From a bacterium (lineage in GTDB: Bacteria; Fidelibacterota; UBA2242): 64,000 bases of DNA. Positions 38,660 through 48,516 of this stretch are shown piece after piece. Under the pieces are notes generated by a model. That model made no database searches. It saw only the letters and a list, made by a program, of their open reading frames with translations, and was not told the origin of the DNA. Every line of letters starts with the position of its first letter. Within the stretch, counting starts at the first letter, position 1. The position numbers and the translations under genes were made by a program. The stretch is from assembly GCA_018824205.1 (NCBI GenBank), contig JAHJGX010000253.1, positions 126 through 64,125 on the forward strand, written 5' to 3'.

Positions 38660-38688
38660 TTGACATTGACGGGATTTTTCAATAACAT
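38660..38688 (+). promoter_or_regulatory. Candidate sigma70-type promoter (TTGACA-17-TAACAT) upstream of rdgB
   Basis: Sequence read directly. It sits inside a hairpin-forming region (CCCGTCA...TGACGGG). Confidence 0.3.
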
Positions 38689-38731
38689 TTTTGGCGTTTT
38701 TGATTGGATATAAAATATCAGTAAAATTATC

Positions 38732-39340
38732 ATGAAACTATTAATTTCATCAAATAATCGGGACAAGATAAAAGAAATTCGTTCCATATTTCAGCTGCCT
38801 AATGTCGAGCTGGTCACCCTGGAAAGTATTCCCAATGCACCCGAAGTTGTGGAAGATGGGAACACCCTGTATGAAAACGCATTAAAGAAGGCGTCTATGC
38901 TATACGAATTTTCAGGGTTGCCTACTATCTCCGATGACACCGGTCTCGAAGTTGATGCTTTGAATGGCCGGCCCGGTGTCTATTCGGCCCGGTTTGCCGG
39001 CGAGAACGCCACTTATGATGACAATGTGGAAAAAATGATCCGTGAAATGCAATCAGTGTCGATAAAAAACCGGACTGCCCGGTTCCGGACGGTGGCGGTT
39101 TTTTATCACCCGGACTTGTTGATTCACGAGGAAGGTGTGATCGAAGGAACTATTTTATCCGAAAAGCGCGGTATCGGCGGTTTTGGATACGATCCTATCT
39201 TTTACGTTCCCGGAAAGAAGAAAACCCTGGCCGAGCTGAGCCACGACGAAAAGAATGCCATCAGCCATCGGAGCCAGGCATTTTCACGTCTATATAAATC
39301 GCTGTTAAAGCAGCTCCCGTCAATAACCGATATTAACTGA
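38732..39340 (+). CDS. rdgB: Non-canonical purine NTP pyrophosphatase (RdgB/HAM1)
   Basis: ISDDTGLEVDALNGRPGVYSARFAG motif, with a length of 202 aa. Confidence 0.85.
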   Translation: MKLLISSNNRDKIKEIRSIFQLPNVELVTLESIPNAPEVVEDGNTLYENALKKASMLYEFSGLPTISDDTGLEVDALNGRPGVYSARFAGENATYDDNVEKMIREMQSVSIKNRTARFRTVAVFYHPDLLIHEEGVIEGTILSEKRGIGGFGYDPIFYVPGKKKTLAELSHDEKNAISHRSQAFSRLYKSLLKQLPSITDIN

Positions 39341-39405
39341 GGTGTCGTTAAACAAACTTGCTACGGCTTTCTTAAGTAATTGAACCTATATTAACATTTT
39401 TTGGA

Positions 39406-42400
39406 GTGACGACACTGTATCGTATCGGGAAATTTGCATATACACTGATTTTATCAGTTTTACTTTTTTCACAAGTATTTGCTCAGCAGGAAACTGCCGA
39501 GGCGAAGGGCGTAGCATTTCCCTTACAAGTGGACTGGCTTTCATACCGTTTCTCATCGATCAAAATTGATCCGCCGCATGGCTTATCCTTGCTGTCACCC
39601 TATGCAACCCAGTCTAACAAGACAGTCCTGAAAATTAACTATGCCTCCCGGTTAAAATTTGACACCCAGTTGGATTACACCGGCCGGAATCTCATTTTTA
39701 CAGAGGCGTATGACGAAATACCGGGACCAATTCCACGGGGAATCTCTCTGGAATCCTATTTTCAGACAAAGTCCAATTACTATTTGCGCAATGAGCTCCG
39801 GAGTCTTTGCAGTAAAGGATTTGCAGAAGAAAAATCCGCGGCCCGCTCCGAAAAACTGGAACTGATCGGCGCCGATATCGCCGGTCAGCGGGTTTCTCTG
39901 CGGGTTTCCGGAAACGTCAATATAAACGGTCGTCTGCAAAACCAACAGCAGTCCCAGGTCCGTACCGGTTATAACGCCGGTTCATCCACCACCTTTATCG
40001 TGGATCAGAAGCAGCAGCTGAACATTGAAGGCAAAATCGGTGACCGCATCAGCATTCTCGTCGATCAGGACAGTGAACGTGACTTCGATTTTGAAAACAA
40101 CCTGAAAATCATCTATACCGGACAAGAAGACGATATCGTTCAGAAAGTTGAAGCCGGTAACATTTCCCTCTCGCTGCCGGGAACCCAGTATGTGACATTT
40201 TCCGGAACGAACAATGGCCTGTTCGGTTTGAAGGCGCTCATGAAGCTGGGGGCCATCGACATAACCACCATCGCCAGTGTGGAAAAAGGGAAAAAAGAAA
40301 AACTGAGTGTTGATGGTGGCGCTCAGAAAACCAACAATTTTATCAGAGACTACAACTATCGTACAAACACCTATTTCTTTCTGGACCATGAATTCCGAAG
40401 CACACTTTATGATGGGTTTGAGGAAAATGGTGGGCGGTTTAATTTAACAAACCGAACTGTCGCAGATCTGGAGGTGTATAAATCGATAGTCACTGAAGTT
40501 GCCGGCAGTATGTACGGATACGCCTATGTGAACCCGAACAACCCAGACCAGGACACCTCCTATATTGAACAGCGTATATTTCAACGTTTAACCCTAGATC
40601 AGGATTACTCGGCTTCCCTGGACTTGGGATTCATTCGTCTGAACACACAGGTGCAGGATGACGAAATTATAGCCGTTGTGTATCGGATAAATGGTTCAGA
40701 TGAGAGCTATGGCGACTGGCAGGCAAAAGATACAAGTGATATTAAACTAAAGCTGATCAAGCCCAAACAGAACAGACCGAGCCATCCCTGTTGGGACCTG
40801 GAATTTAAAAACGTCTATTACCTCGGAACCACCGGTATCAACGATGTGGGTTTTGAGTTAAGCCTGGTCTATATCTACGGTGAAACCGGCGAAGTGGAAC
40901 GTGACCCGGTCGACGGCGAAACATTCCTACAAAAATTTGGCCTGGACACCAAGGACAAGTCCGGTAACCCCACGCCTGACAATGTCGTTGATCTGGATAA
41001 TCCGGCCATCATTAATCTGCAGTCCGGGGAGTTGTGGTTTCCCTATCTGCGCCCGTTTCAGTATGATTCCACTGATTCCAACACCGGTCAGAATCCGGAT
41101 TTAAATAACCTGTACAACTGCTCGGCCATGTACGACAGCAACCGCAATAATCAAACGGCGATTAACCAGGATTCGAAATTTAAAATTGTTTTTAAATATG
41201 AAAACCGCAGCTCCGTCATCAATCTCGGCGCGATGGTAATCGACGGCAGCGAATCGGTCACGCTGGGTAGTCAGACCCTGGTCCGGGGCATTGACTATAC
41301 CATCGATTATTTCACCGGTACTTTAACATTATTGAACCAAGACGCAATGAGTCCCGATGCCAAGCTCGATGTAAAATACGAGCGCAATCAGTTTTTTCAA
41401 CTGGATAAGAAAACCATATTGGGCGCCCGGGCCCAATATGACTTTGGCGATAATTCCTTCATCGGTGGTACGGCACTTTACTTCAGCCAATCGGTCGTCG
41501 ATGAGAAAGTGGATGTCGGCTATGAACCGATGCGGAACTTCGTCTGGGATATAAACGGCCGGGTTAACCAGGATCTGAATTTTCTGACACGGGCAGTAAA
41601 CTGGCTTCCATTAATCCAGACCGACAAAGCGTCTTTAATCACGATTGAGGGTGAAATCGCCCAGGTGCGCCCCAATCCGAACACACTCAGCAACGACGCT
41701 ACCGGTGATCCAAACGGGGTTGGTTTTATCGACGATTTCGAAGGCTCAAAACGAATTACATCACCACCAATTATGCAGCGTTACTGGGCCCCTTCTTCGG
41801 CCCCGCTCGGAAAAAGTGAAAACCAGCGCGGTTTCTTTTTCTGGTACAACCCCTACGGTGGTGTGTCGACCACAAACATCTGGCCCAATAAAGAGGTCAG
41901 TACCCAGGCCCAGAACAACCTCACCGAAATTATGGTGCTGGCGCTCGACCCGGATTGGTCAATTGCCGTCGCTGACGACATGTCGCCAAGAGAAGAGGCC
42001 TGGGGTGGCATCACCTATGCGTTTCCTACCAGCTATTACGACCAGTCCAAAACCAAATTCATGGAGATCTGGGTCTGGGGCCAGGCTGGCCGGATGCATG
42101 TGGACATGGGCTATATCAGCGAAGATTACATACCCAACAAGAAACTCAATACCGAGGACAAACCCGAGGCCGGCTTTACCCTTGGAAACGGTCTTCTGGA
42201 CGAGGATACCGAAGATACCGGTATCGACGGTGTATTTGATATCGACGAATATATTATCAATAGTTTCGACGAAACGATACCCTATGGTGATGATCGGCTG
42301 ACAAACTATAAACGCAGTCTTACAGATCCACACAGCGACAATTGGAAATGGACCGAAGGATCGTCCAATTATCGCCATATCAACGGTACTGAAAAAAGCG

Positions 42401-45400
42401 CTAAGGATGCCAGCGGCTATGTTCCCGACTCCGAAGATCTGAACCGCAATTATGTGGTCGATCTAACCAATGATTACTACACAATCGATTTTTCCCTGAA
42501 CGACTGGGTTGACGATGAATACGTCGCCGGCCGGACCCAACATGATAACGGCGATCCTACCGGCTGGAAATTATACCGCATTCCATTGAACGAATTTCAG
42601 AAAGCCGGCAGTGACGGCGATGTCAGCTGGCAAACCGTTGAGGCCTGCCGTATCTGGATCGACGGGGTCAGCGGCGAAGAATCCGTCATGATCGCCAAGA
42701 TTGAAATGGTTGGCAATGAATGGGAAGAGCTGGGAGTCGGAGATGGTGAGGATGGCGAATTTAAAAAAAACAACGAGGTGTTTAGCATCAGTGTGCTGAA
42801 TACCGAAGACAATTCCGACACATACGACGCTCCCGAGGGGGTCAGGGGTGAATATGACGCCGTGAATGAGATTCAGATGAAAGAGCAGTCCCTGGTCATG
42901 TGGTTCAACAGTAGTCAGGGACTCCGGCCGGGCGAGGTGGCGGCGGCCAAAAAAGTACTGCTCGAAGAGGCCAGTTTTATTACCTATAAAAAAATGAAAC
43001 TCTACATCAATGGTAATAACCTGCATTCCCGCACAAAAAACTATGATAAAGGAGAAAAGACACCATTGCAGTTCTTTGTCAAGTTTGGCGTCATTAACGA
43101 CGAAAATAACATCTATAACTACTATGAATACCGCCAGCCTATCTACCCTGGCTGGGATGAGAAAAATGATCTGGAAATCGATTTCGACTTTCTGACCAGC
43201 CTGAAAGGCTACGCCACAGAAAAAGAATTCGATGAAAATTACACAAATAATTCCGGGCTGAAACAGTACACCATCACTCACGATGGTAAGGGCGGCGTAC
43301 TGAAGCGACACTGGAAAGAGGTCAAAAACGGAAATTATACGGGTAAGGAAATCCTGATTATTGGAAGCCCTACTATTTCAAAAGTCAAACGGATTGACAT
43401 GGGTATTATCAACCAGAAATACGCTCTGGACGATTTCAACCAGTCAGCTCCGCTGCCCCGTTATGACAATACGATGTATGGCGAAATCTGGTTGGACGAA
43501 CTCCGCCTGTCCGACGTGCGTCGCGACGCCGGGATTGCCTACCGTGGCTCTGTATCATTGACAGTGGCGGATCTGGCAAAGCTGAATGTTGGTATTGACA
43601 AAAAAGACGCGGATTTTCATACCGTTGAGCAACGTCCCAATCTGCAAACAACCGGACTAAATAACACCCAAAACCTGTCCGTCCGGGGAAGTGTCAACCT
43701 GGACAAATTAACACCCGTCAAATGGGGTTTAAGCCTGCCGGTATCCGGTTCTTATTCAAACCAGTACAGTGCTCCGAAATTTCTACCCAACTCCGATATT
43801 CTGGCGGGAGACAGTCCCCCGGACAGCGTTCTGAGTCTGTCGGAATCCTATGGGGTCAACATCTCTTACGGCAAGCGCAGTTCCGATTTCTGGCTGACAA
43901 AATACACCATTGACCAGATCAAGGTATCGGCCAACGCCCAGTGGTCAAATAGATCCACAGTAACTATCCGAAAGAACGAGTCCGAATCCTACAAGGGCAG
44001 CATTTCCTATAAGGTCCCTTTTGGCCGGAACAATTTTTTTCAACCCTTTAAATGGATTCAAAAGGTACCTTACCTGGGCGACCGCCTGGGCGAGCTGCGC
44101 TGGTACTACACACCCAGCAACCTGGATTTTTCAATGGACGCCGCGGAAAGTAAATCAATAAATATTCCCCGTATAGGCGGTATAGATAAAATAACCGAAC
44201 CTTATGATTTCGGCATGAATCGTTCAATCACCGGCGGTTATAAAGTGTTTGATAATCTCAACCTGAATTATTCACGAAAAACAAAAAGCACTCTCGTTGA
44301 CTTTCGGGACGATAAGCTCAAAGCGATCCAGGAACTCAATCCCGGCACACCGATCAATATCAATGAAAGCTACTCGGCATCCTTTTCTCCCAAAATATTT
44401 GACTGGTTTACACCCAGTTTGAGCTACAACGCCAATTACACCTGGAGCGAACCGGCAAACAGCAACACAAAAAGTATCGATCAACTCAGTAATCAGAATC
44501 GGATTTCCAGTTCCTTCAGTCTCAGTCCGGCCGCCATTATGAAAACCTTTTATACGCCCAAATCGACATCAAAAACATCCCGTAAGTCCCCCGGTGATAC
44601 AAGCACACCCACGGGCCGTAGCGGCCGTAATGCCAAACCGGACGCTGCTCCGGAACCAGCCGAAGAGAACGCCAAAGAAGCCAAAAAGGAGATACAACTT
44701 CTGGAATATTTATATAAAGCTTTAGACCGCATACAGCCACTCCAGGTCAGTTACTCCACCAGCCGAAGCAACAATAATAAAGGCCGGATTGGTGAACCCG
44801 ACCTCCTTTACCGGATGGGACTCAGTTCCGATCCGGGCCTGGATACGATTGCTACAGAAGCCGGGGCTTATCCTGATAATGTCTCTATTAATTCCGACGC
44901 CAGCCTGCGCAGCGGAATTAAACTATCCAACAGTATTAATACCACGTTTTCTTACGGCCAGAATATGTCCTGGTCTGAGTCACAAGGCAGTAAAAACCGC
45001 AATCTGACCCGTGACTATATCACATTTGACAACTCCGGTAAGGACGGTATTCCTTTTCCGAGTTGGACTCTGAATATATCACAGATTGAAAAAATCGCTT
45101 TTCTGGCCAAGGTCTTTAAAAAATTGTCCCTGGACCATGGATTCTCAGGCAAAGAATCGATTGTCTATCGCAACGGGAATGTCGAAAGTTCAACCTATAA
45201 GCTGTATTTTCAACCCCTGTTTGGTCTATCGATGCAGTTTAAAAACAACATCAGTTCCACGGTCCGTATGACTATGGGGCAAACAATCACCAACCGGCCA
45301 AACGGCGGCGCTAATATCGTCAGCGATCAAAGCATCAACGCTTCCATGAATTATCAGAAAAAGGGCGGGTTCACCATACCCTTGCCCTTCCTGCGAAATA

Positions 45401-45663
45401 AGCGGCTGGAAAACAATATCAATTTTACGATGGCCTTTGACTACAGCACGTCTCTTTCAAAAGGTAAGAATTCGGCGGAAGAGAAATTTGCCACCCAGAA
45501 TGAAAACCGAACCTGGAAAATCGAACCGCGCATCAGCTATTCCTTTACCCAGAAAGTCACCGGCGGCCTTTTCTACTCGTACGGCGAAAGTTTTAACGCC
45601 AGGACCGGTAAACGCATCACCCGCAACGGCGGTTTTGACGTCAACATCGCCATCAGGGGTTAA
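39406..45663 (+). CDS. sprA: T9SS translocon/gliding motility protein SprA (Sov)
   Basis: 2085 aa with a signal peptide, and a giant beta-barrel whose size and architecture are typical of SprA. GTG start. Confidence 0.75.
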   Translation: MTTLYRIGKFAYTLILSVLLFSQVFAQQETAEAKGVAFPLQVDWLSYRFSSIKIDPPHGLSLLSPYATQSNKTVLKINYASRLKFDTQLDYTGRNLIFTEAYDEIPGPIPRGISLESYFQTKSNYYLRNELRSLCSKGFAEEKSAARSEKLELIGADIAGQRVSLRVSGNVNINGRLQNQQQSQVRTGYNAGSSTTFIVDQKQQLNIEGKIGDRISILVDQDSERDFDFENNLKIIYTGQEDDIVQKVEAGNISLSLPGTQYVTFSGTNNGLFGLKALMKLGAIDITTIASVEKGKKEKLSVDGGAQKTNNFIRDYNYRTNTYFFLDHEFRSTLYDGFEENGGRFNLTNRTVADLEVYKSIVTEVAGSMYGYAYVNPNNPDQDTSYIEQRIFQRLTLDQDYSASLDLGFIRLNTQVQDDEIIAVVYRINGSDESYGDWQAKDTSDIKLKLIKPKQNRPSHPCWDLEFKNVYYLGTTGINDVGFELSLVYIYGETGEVERDPVDGETFLQKFGLDTKDKSGNPTPDNVVDLDNPAIINLQSGELWFPYLRPFQYDSTDSNTGQNPDLNNLYNCSAMYDSNRNNQTAINQDSKFKIVFKYENRSSVINLGAMVIDGSESVTLGSQTLVRGIDYTIDYFTGTLTLLNQDAMSPDAKLDVKYERNQFFQLDKKTILGARAQYDFGDNSFIGGTALYFSQSVVDEKVDVGYEPMRNFVWDINGRVNQDLNFLTRAVNWLPLIQTDKASLITIEGEIAQVRPNPNTLSNDATGDPNGVGFIDDFEGSKRITSPPIMQRYWAPSSAPLGKSENQRGFFFWYNPYGGVSTTNIWPNKEVSTQAQNNLTEIMVLALDPDWSIAVADDMSPREEAWGGITYAFPTSYYDQSKTKFMEIWVWGQAGRMHVDMGYISEDYIPNKKLNTEDKPEAGFTLGNGLLDEDTEDTGIDGVFDIDEYIINSFDETIPYGDDRLTNYKRSLTDPHSDNWKWTEGSSNYRHINGTEKSAKDASGYVPDSEDLNRNYVVDLTNDYYTIDFSLNDWVDDEYVAGRTQHDNGDPTGWKLYRIPLNEFQKAGSDGDVSWQTVEACRIWIDGVSGEESVMIAKIEMVGNEWEELGVGDGEDGEFKKNNEVFSISVLNTEDNSDTYDAPEGVRGEYDAVNEIQMKEQSLVMWFNSSQGLRPGEVAAAKKVLLEEASFITYKKMKLYINGNNLHSRTKNYDKGEKTPLQFFVKFGVINDENNIYNYYEYRQPIYPGWDEKNDLEIDFDFLTSLKGYATEKEFDENYTNNSGLKQYTITHDGKGGVLKRHWKEVKNGNYTGKEILIIGSPTISKVKRIDMGIINQKYALDDFNQSAPLPRYDNTMYGEIWLDELRLSDVRRDAGIAYRGSVSLTVADLAKLNVGIDKKDADFHTVEQRPNLQTTGLNNTQNLSVRGSVNLDKLTPVKWGLSLPVSGSYSNQYSAPKFLPNSDILAGDSPPDSVLSLSESYGVNISYGKRSSDFWLTKYTIDQIKVSANAQWSNRSTVTIRKNESESYKGSISYKVPFGRNNFFQPFKWIQKVPYLGDRLGELRWYYTPSNLDFSMDAAESKSINIPRIGGIDKITEPYDFGMNRSITGGYKVFDNLNLNYSRKTKSTLVDFRDDKLKAIQELNPGTPININESYSASFSPKIFDWFTPSLSYNANYTWSEPANSNTKSIDQLSNQNRISSSFSLSPAAIMKTFYTPKSTSKTSRKSPGDTSTPTGRSGRNAKPDAAPEPAEENAKEAKKEIQLLEYLYKALDRIQPLQVSYSTSRSNNNKGRIGEPDLLYRMGLSSDPGLDTIATEAGAYPDNVSINSDASLRSGIKLSNSINTTFSYGQNMSWSESQGSKNRNLTRDYITFDNSGKDGIPFPSWTLNISQIEKIAFLAKVFKKLSLDHGFSGKESIVYRNGNVESSTYKLYFQPLFGLSMQFKNNISSTVRMTMGQTITNRPNGGANIVSDQSINASMNYQKKGGFTIPLPFLRNKRLENNINFTMAFDYSTSLSKGKNSAEEKFATQNENRTWKIEPRISYSFTQKVTGGLFYSYGESFNARTGKRITRNGGFDVNIAIRG

Positions 45664-45664
45664 T

Positions 45665-46585
45665 ATGCGAAAAATACTTACCATATCAGTTTTATTAATT
45701 TCTATCGCCTGTAGCCGACAGAAAACAGCTTTTAACGGAGAAAAAGCATTTACCTATCTTCAGGAACAGTGCAATATCGGGTACCGGCATCCCGGTTCAC
45801 CGGGACATCGGAAAGCGTTGGAATATTACCGGAATTTCTTTGCTGAATTGGCCGACACCCTCGTTCTCCAGACATTTGTTCAGGAAATTCCTGATGATAA
45901 CGTCTTTTTCACACTGACAAATGTAATCGCCGGTTTCAATCCCGGCGGAGAGAATCCGCTGCTTATCGGGGCCCATTGGGACACCCGCCCACGCGCCGAT
46001 CACGACCCGGATCCTAGTAAACGCTCCAGTCCGATTCTGGGAGCCAACGACGGCGCCAGCGGCGTTGCCGTGCTCATGCATCTGGGAGAACTGCTCAGGA
46101 AGAAGCAGCCCGATCGGGCAATCTACCTGGTCCTGTTTGACGGTGAGGATTATGGTTATTCCGGTTCCCTGGACTACTACTGTATGGGATCGGAATACTT
46201 CGCGAAAAACCTGCCCATTCCAAAACCAAGCGAAGCGATTATTGTTGACATGATTGGCGACAAGGAACTGAGTATTCCCATCGAACGACAATCGTATAAA
46301 AGTCATCCCGAACTGGTGAAAACACTTTGGGGGCTGGCAAAGAAACGGGGCTATTCCGAATTTCAGCATAAATTCGGCGGCTATATTCATGACGATCATG
46401 TAATGCTGATTGAACATGCCGGAATTCCGTCGGTCGATCTGATTGATTTCGAATACCCGAACAGGTATCAGAATTTCTGGCACACCAGCATGGACACGCC
46501 GGATAAATGCAGTCCGCATAGTCTTGAAGTCGTTGGACAGGTGCTTTACGATTATATTTACCCAACTGGGGATACTGCAGAGTGA
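45665..46585 (+). CDS. M28-family peptidase / glutaminyl-cyclase-like lipoprotein
   Basis: Lipobox LISIACS, plus GAHWDTRPRADHD and LVLFDGEDYG metal-binding blocks of the M28/QC fold. The ATG is 1 nt after the sprA stop. Confidence 0.65.
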   Translation: MRKILTISVLLISIACSRQKTAFNGEKAFTYLQEQCNIGYRHPGSPGHRKALEYYRNFFAELADTLVLQTFVQEIPDDNVFFTLTNVIAGFNPGGENPLLIGAHWDTRPRADHDPDPSKRSSPILGANDGASGVAVLMHLGELLRKKQPDRAIYLVLFDGEDYGYSGSLDYYCMGSEYFAKNLPIPKPSEAIIVDMIGDKELSIPIERQSYKSHPELVKTLWGLAKKRGYSEFQHKFGGYIHDDHVMLIEHAGIPSVDLIDFEYPNRYQNFWHTSMDTPDKCSPHSLEVVGQVLYDYIYPTGDTAE

Positions 46586-46589
46586 AAAA

Positions 46590-47420
46590 ATGAATAAACA
46601 GTGGTTGCGATATGAATTTCCAAAAGGAGACTACGATCATGAGATTTTAGTGGCGCTGCTCTCCGACATTCCCTGTCTTGGACTTATAGAAAAAGACAGT
46701 ACGATCGACGCTTACTTCAATACCGACGAAGAAAATGACATGGATCAACAGATTCAGGCAATACTGCAGTTGTTTCCGGGCTCAAAAATCAAAACCGTCA
46801 AAACTTTTATACAAAATGAAGACTGGCACCTCAACTGGCAGGATTACTTTAAACCGATCCGGATCAGTCCGAATATTGCAATCTATCCTCACTGGGAAAC
46901 ATATCACGGCCCGGAGCCGATACAGATCGCCATCATTCCAGGAATGGCTTTCGGCACCGGGACACACGCCACGACCCAGATGGCCCTGAAATTACTAGAA
47001 AAAACAATCCGGCCGGGCATGACCATTCTGGATGCCGGTTGCGGCGGCGGAATACTGACTATCGCGGCGCTTAAACTGGGGGCCGGTTTCGTTGACGCCT
47101 GGGATATTGACCCGGACATTGAAGACAATTTTCTGGAACAGATGGAACTTAACGGCATTCGGGACCGTTTTAAACTCACCATTGGAGATGTCACGCAGCA
47201 CACCGATTACAATTTTGATCTTGTTCTCAGTAACATTGAAAGGAAGCCCAACCTGGCACTTTTACATAATATAGATAAGCACGGAAAAGTGCCCCCATGT
47301 ATTTTTACCGGCATTCTGAAAGATGAATATGCCATATTTAAGGCGAATGTGCTAAATTACGGTTTGGTTTTTAAGGATGAGATGTTTCAGGACGAATGGG
47401 CGGCACTGGCAACGGAGTAA
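46590..47420 (+). CDS. prmA: Ribosomal protein L11 methyltransferase PrmA
   Basis: FGTGTHATT and LDAGCGGGIL motifs. Confidence 0.8.
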   Translation: MNKQWLRYEFPKGDYDHEILVALLSDIPCLGLIEKDSTIDAYFNTDEENDMDQQIQAILQLFPGSKIKTVKTFIQNEDWHLNWQDYFKPIRISPNIAIYPHWETYHGPEPIQIAIIPGMAFGTGTHATTQMALKLLEKTIRPGMTILDAGCGGGILTIAALKLGAGFVDAWDIDPDIEDNFLEQMELNGIRDRFKLTIGDVTQHTDYNFDLVLSNIERKPNLALLHNIDKHGKVPPCIFTGILKDEYAIFKANVLNYGLVFKDEMFQDEWAALATE

Positions 47421-47421
47421 C

Positions 47422-48516
47422 ATGAACAGACACGTTTTTATCATAATGATCATACTGCTGGCGCTGGCGGCCTGTATCAATACCACCCAGCAGGAGTCTG
47501 CAACAGACCCTGTTATTGAATCGGTAACGCTCAATTATTCCCAGGCAAATAAATCCCTGTTTATCTCTGCCGAGGTTATTGATCCGCAGGGACGTGATAA
47601 CATCGCCTCGGTGGCTTTTCGTCTCTATCACAAAGATTTACTAAACGTTGCCGAAGAATCCCTTTTTCCGGATACTGTTCTGTCCAATAGTGGACCGCCG
47701 TTAGACATAATTCAGGAGGATAATTTCTTTTCCTATTTACTCGATTCGACCACATTTGTAGGCAACGAAGATTCGTTTTGGGTCAGGGTCACCGTTCAGG
47801 CTTTTGATAAAGACGGAAACAGTAGCGAAATAGAAGAACGAGAAGATGAGTTCAAACCCAACAGCCGACCGGAACTTTTTCTATTTGATTCACCAAGTAA
47901 TTATGAAAAAGGTGATACGGTCATTTTTAAGGTACGCGCTACAGATCCTCAGGGTGTAAGCGATATTAGTTCTGTTTATTTTAGTGTTCTCCAACCAAAT
48001 GGTAATTATAAAGGTGATTGGGAATTAGTCGATAACGGATTGCCTTTTAATGCAAATCTATGGATAGAGCAATATTTTGGTGATGAAATTGCTCACGATG
48101 GTATTTATACTAACACGATCATTATCAATAAAGATAATGAACTGCAAGGTAAATATACCTTTTATTTTATGGCTCGGGATATTCATGGTAGTCAAAGTGA
48201 CACAACAGAAAAAATCATTACCGTTCCCGGTGTTCACCTCCTGTCACCAAATTGGGCAGACACATTACGACCGTATCAGACATATACAATAACCTGGGAA
48301 AGCGCCTATGTCAATAAAGTAACTATCCAATACACTACCAATGCTAATTCATCGCCTCCCAATTATCAAACCATTACAACAGAGTTTGCGGTAACGGGCT
48401 CCTATGATTGGGAAATTCCCTATGAAAATTCCGCAAACTGTAAAATTCAAATCTTTGATGCCGACAGTACCTTTCGCTATGACACCAGCGATAACAGTTT
48501 TACCATTAAACCATGA
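47422..48516 (+). CDS. Hypothetical lipoprotein with Ig/FN3-like repeats
   Basis: Lipobox LALAAC and beta-rich repeats. Confidence 0.4.
   Translation: MNRHVFIIMIILLALAACINTTQQESATDPVIESVTLNYSQANKSLFISAEVIDPQGRDNIASVAFRLYHKDLLNVAEESLFPDTVLSNSGPPLDIIQEDNFFSYLLDSTTFVGNEDSFWVRVTVQAFDKDGNSSEIEEREDEFKPNSRPELFLFDSPSNYEKGDTVIFKVRATDPQGVSDISSVYFSVLQPNGNYKGDWELVDNGLPFNANLWIEQYFGDEIAHDGIYTNTIIINKDNELQGKYTFYFMARDIHGSQSDTTEKIITVPGVHLLSPNWADTLRPYQTYTITWESAYVNKVTIQYTTNANSSPPNYQTITTEFAVTGSYDWEIPYENSANCKIQIFDADSTFRYDTSDNSFTIKP

Noticed and set aside
39652-45684. Numerous 60-250 aa ORFs on both strands inside sprA (for example 41645-42301, 42571-43311 and 45457-45684)
   Set aside because: They are embedded in or antisense to the 2085 aa SprA frame, and their low-complexity translations are shadow ORFs.
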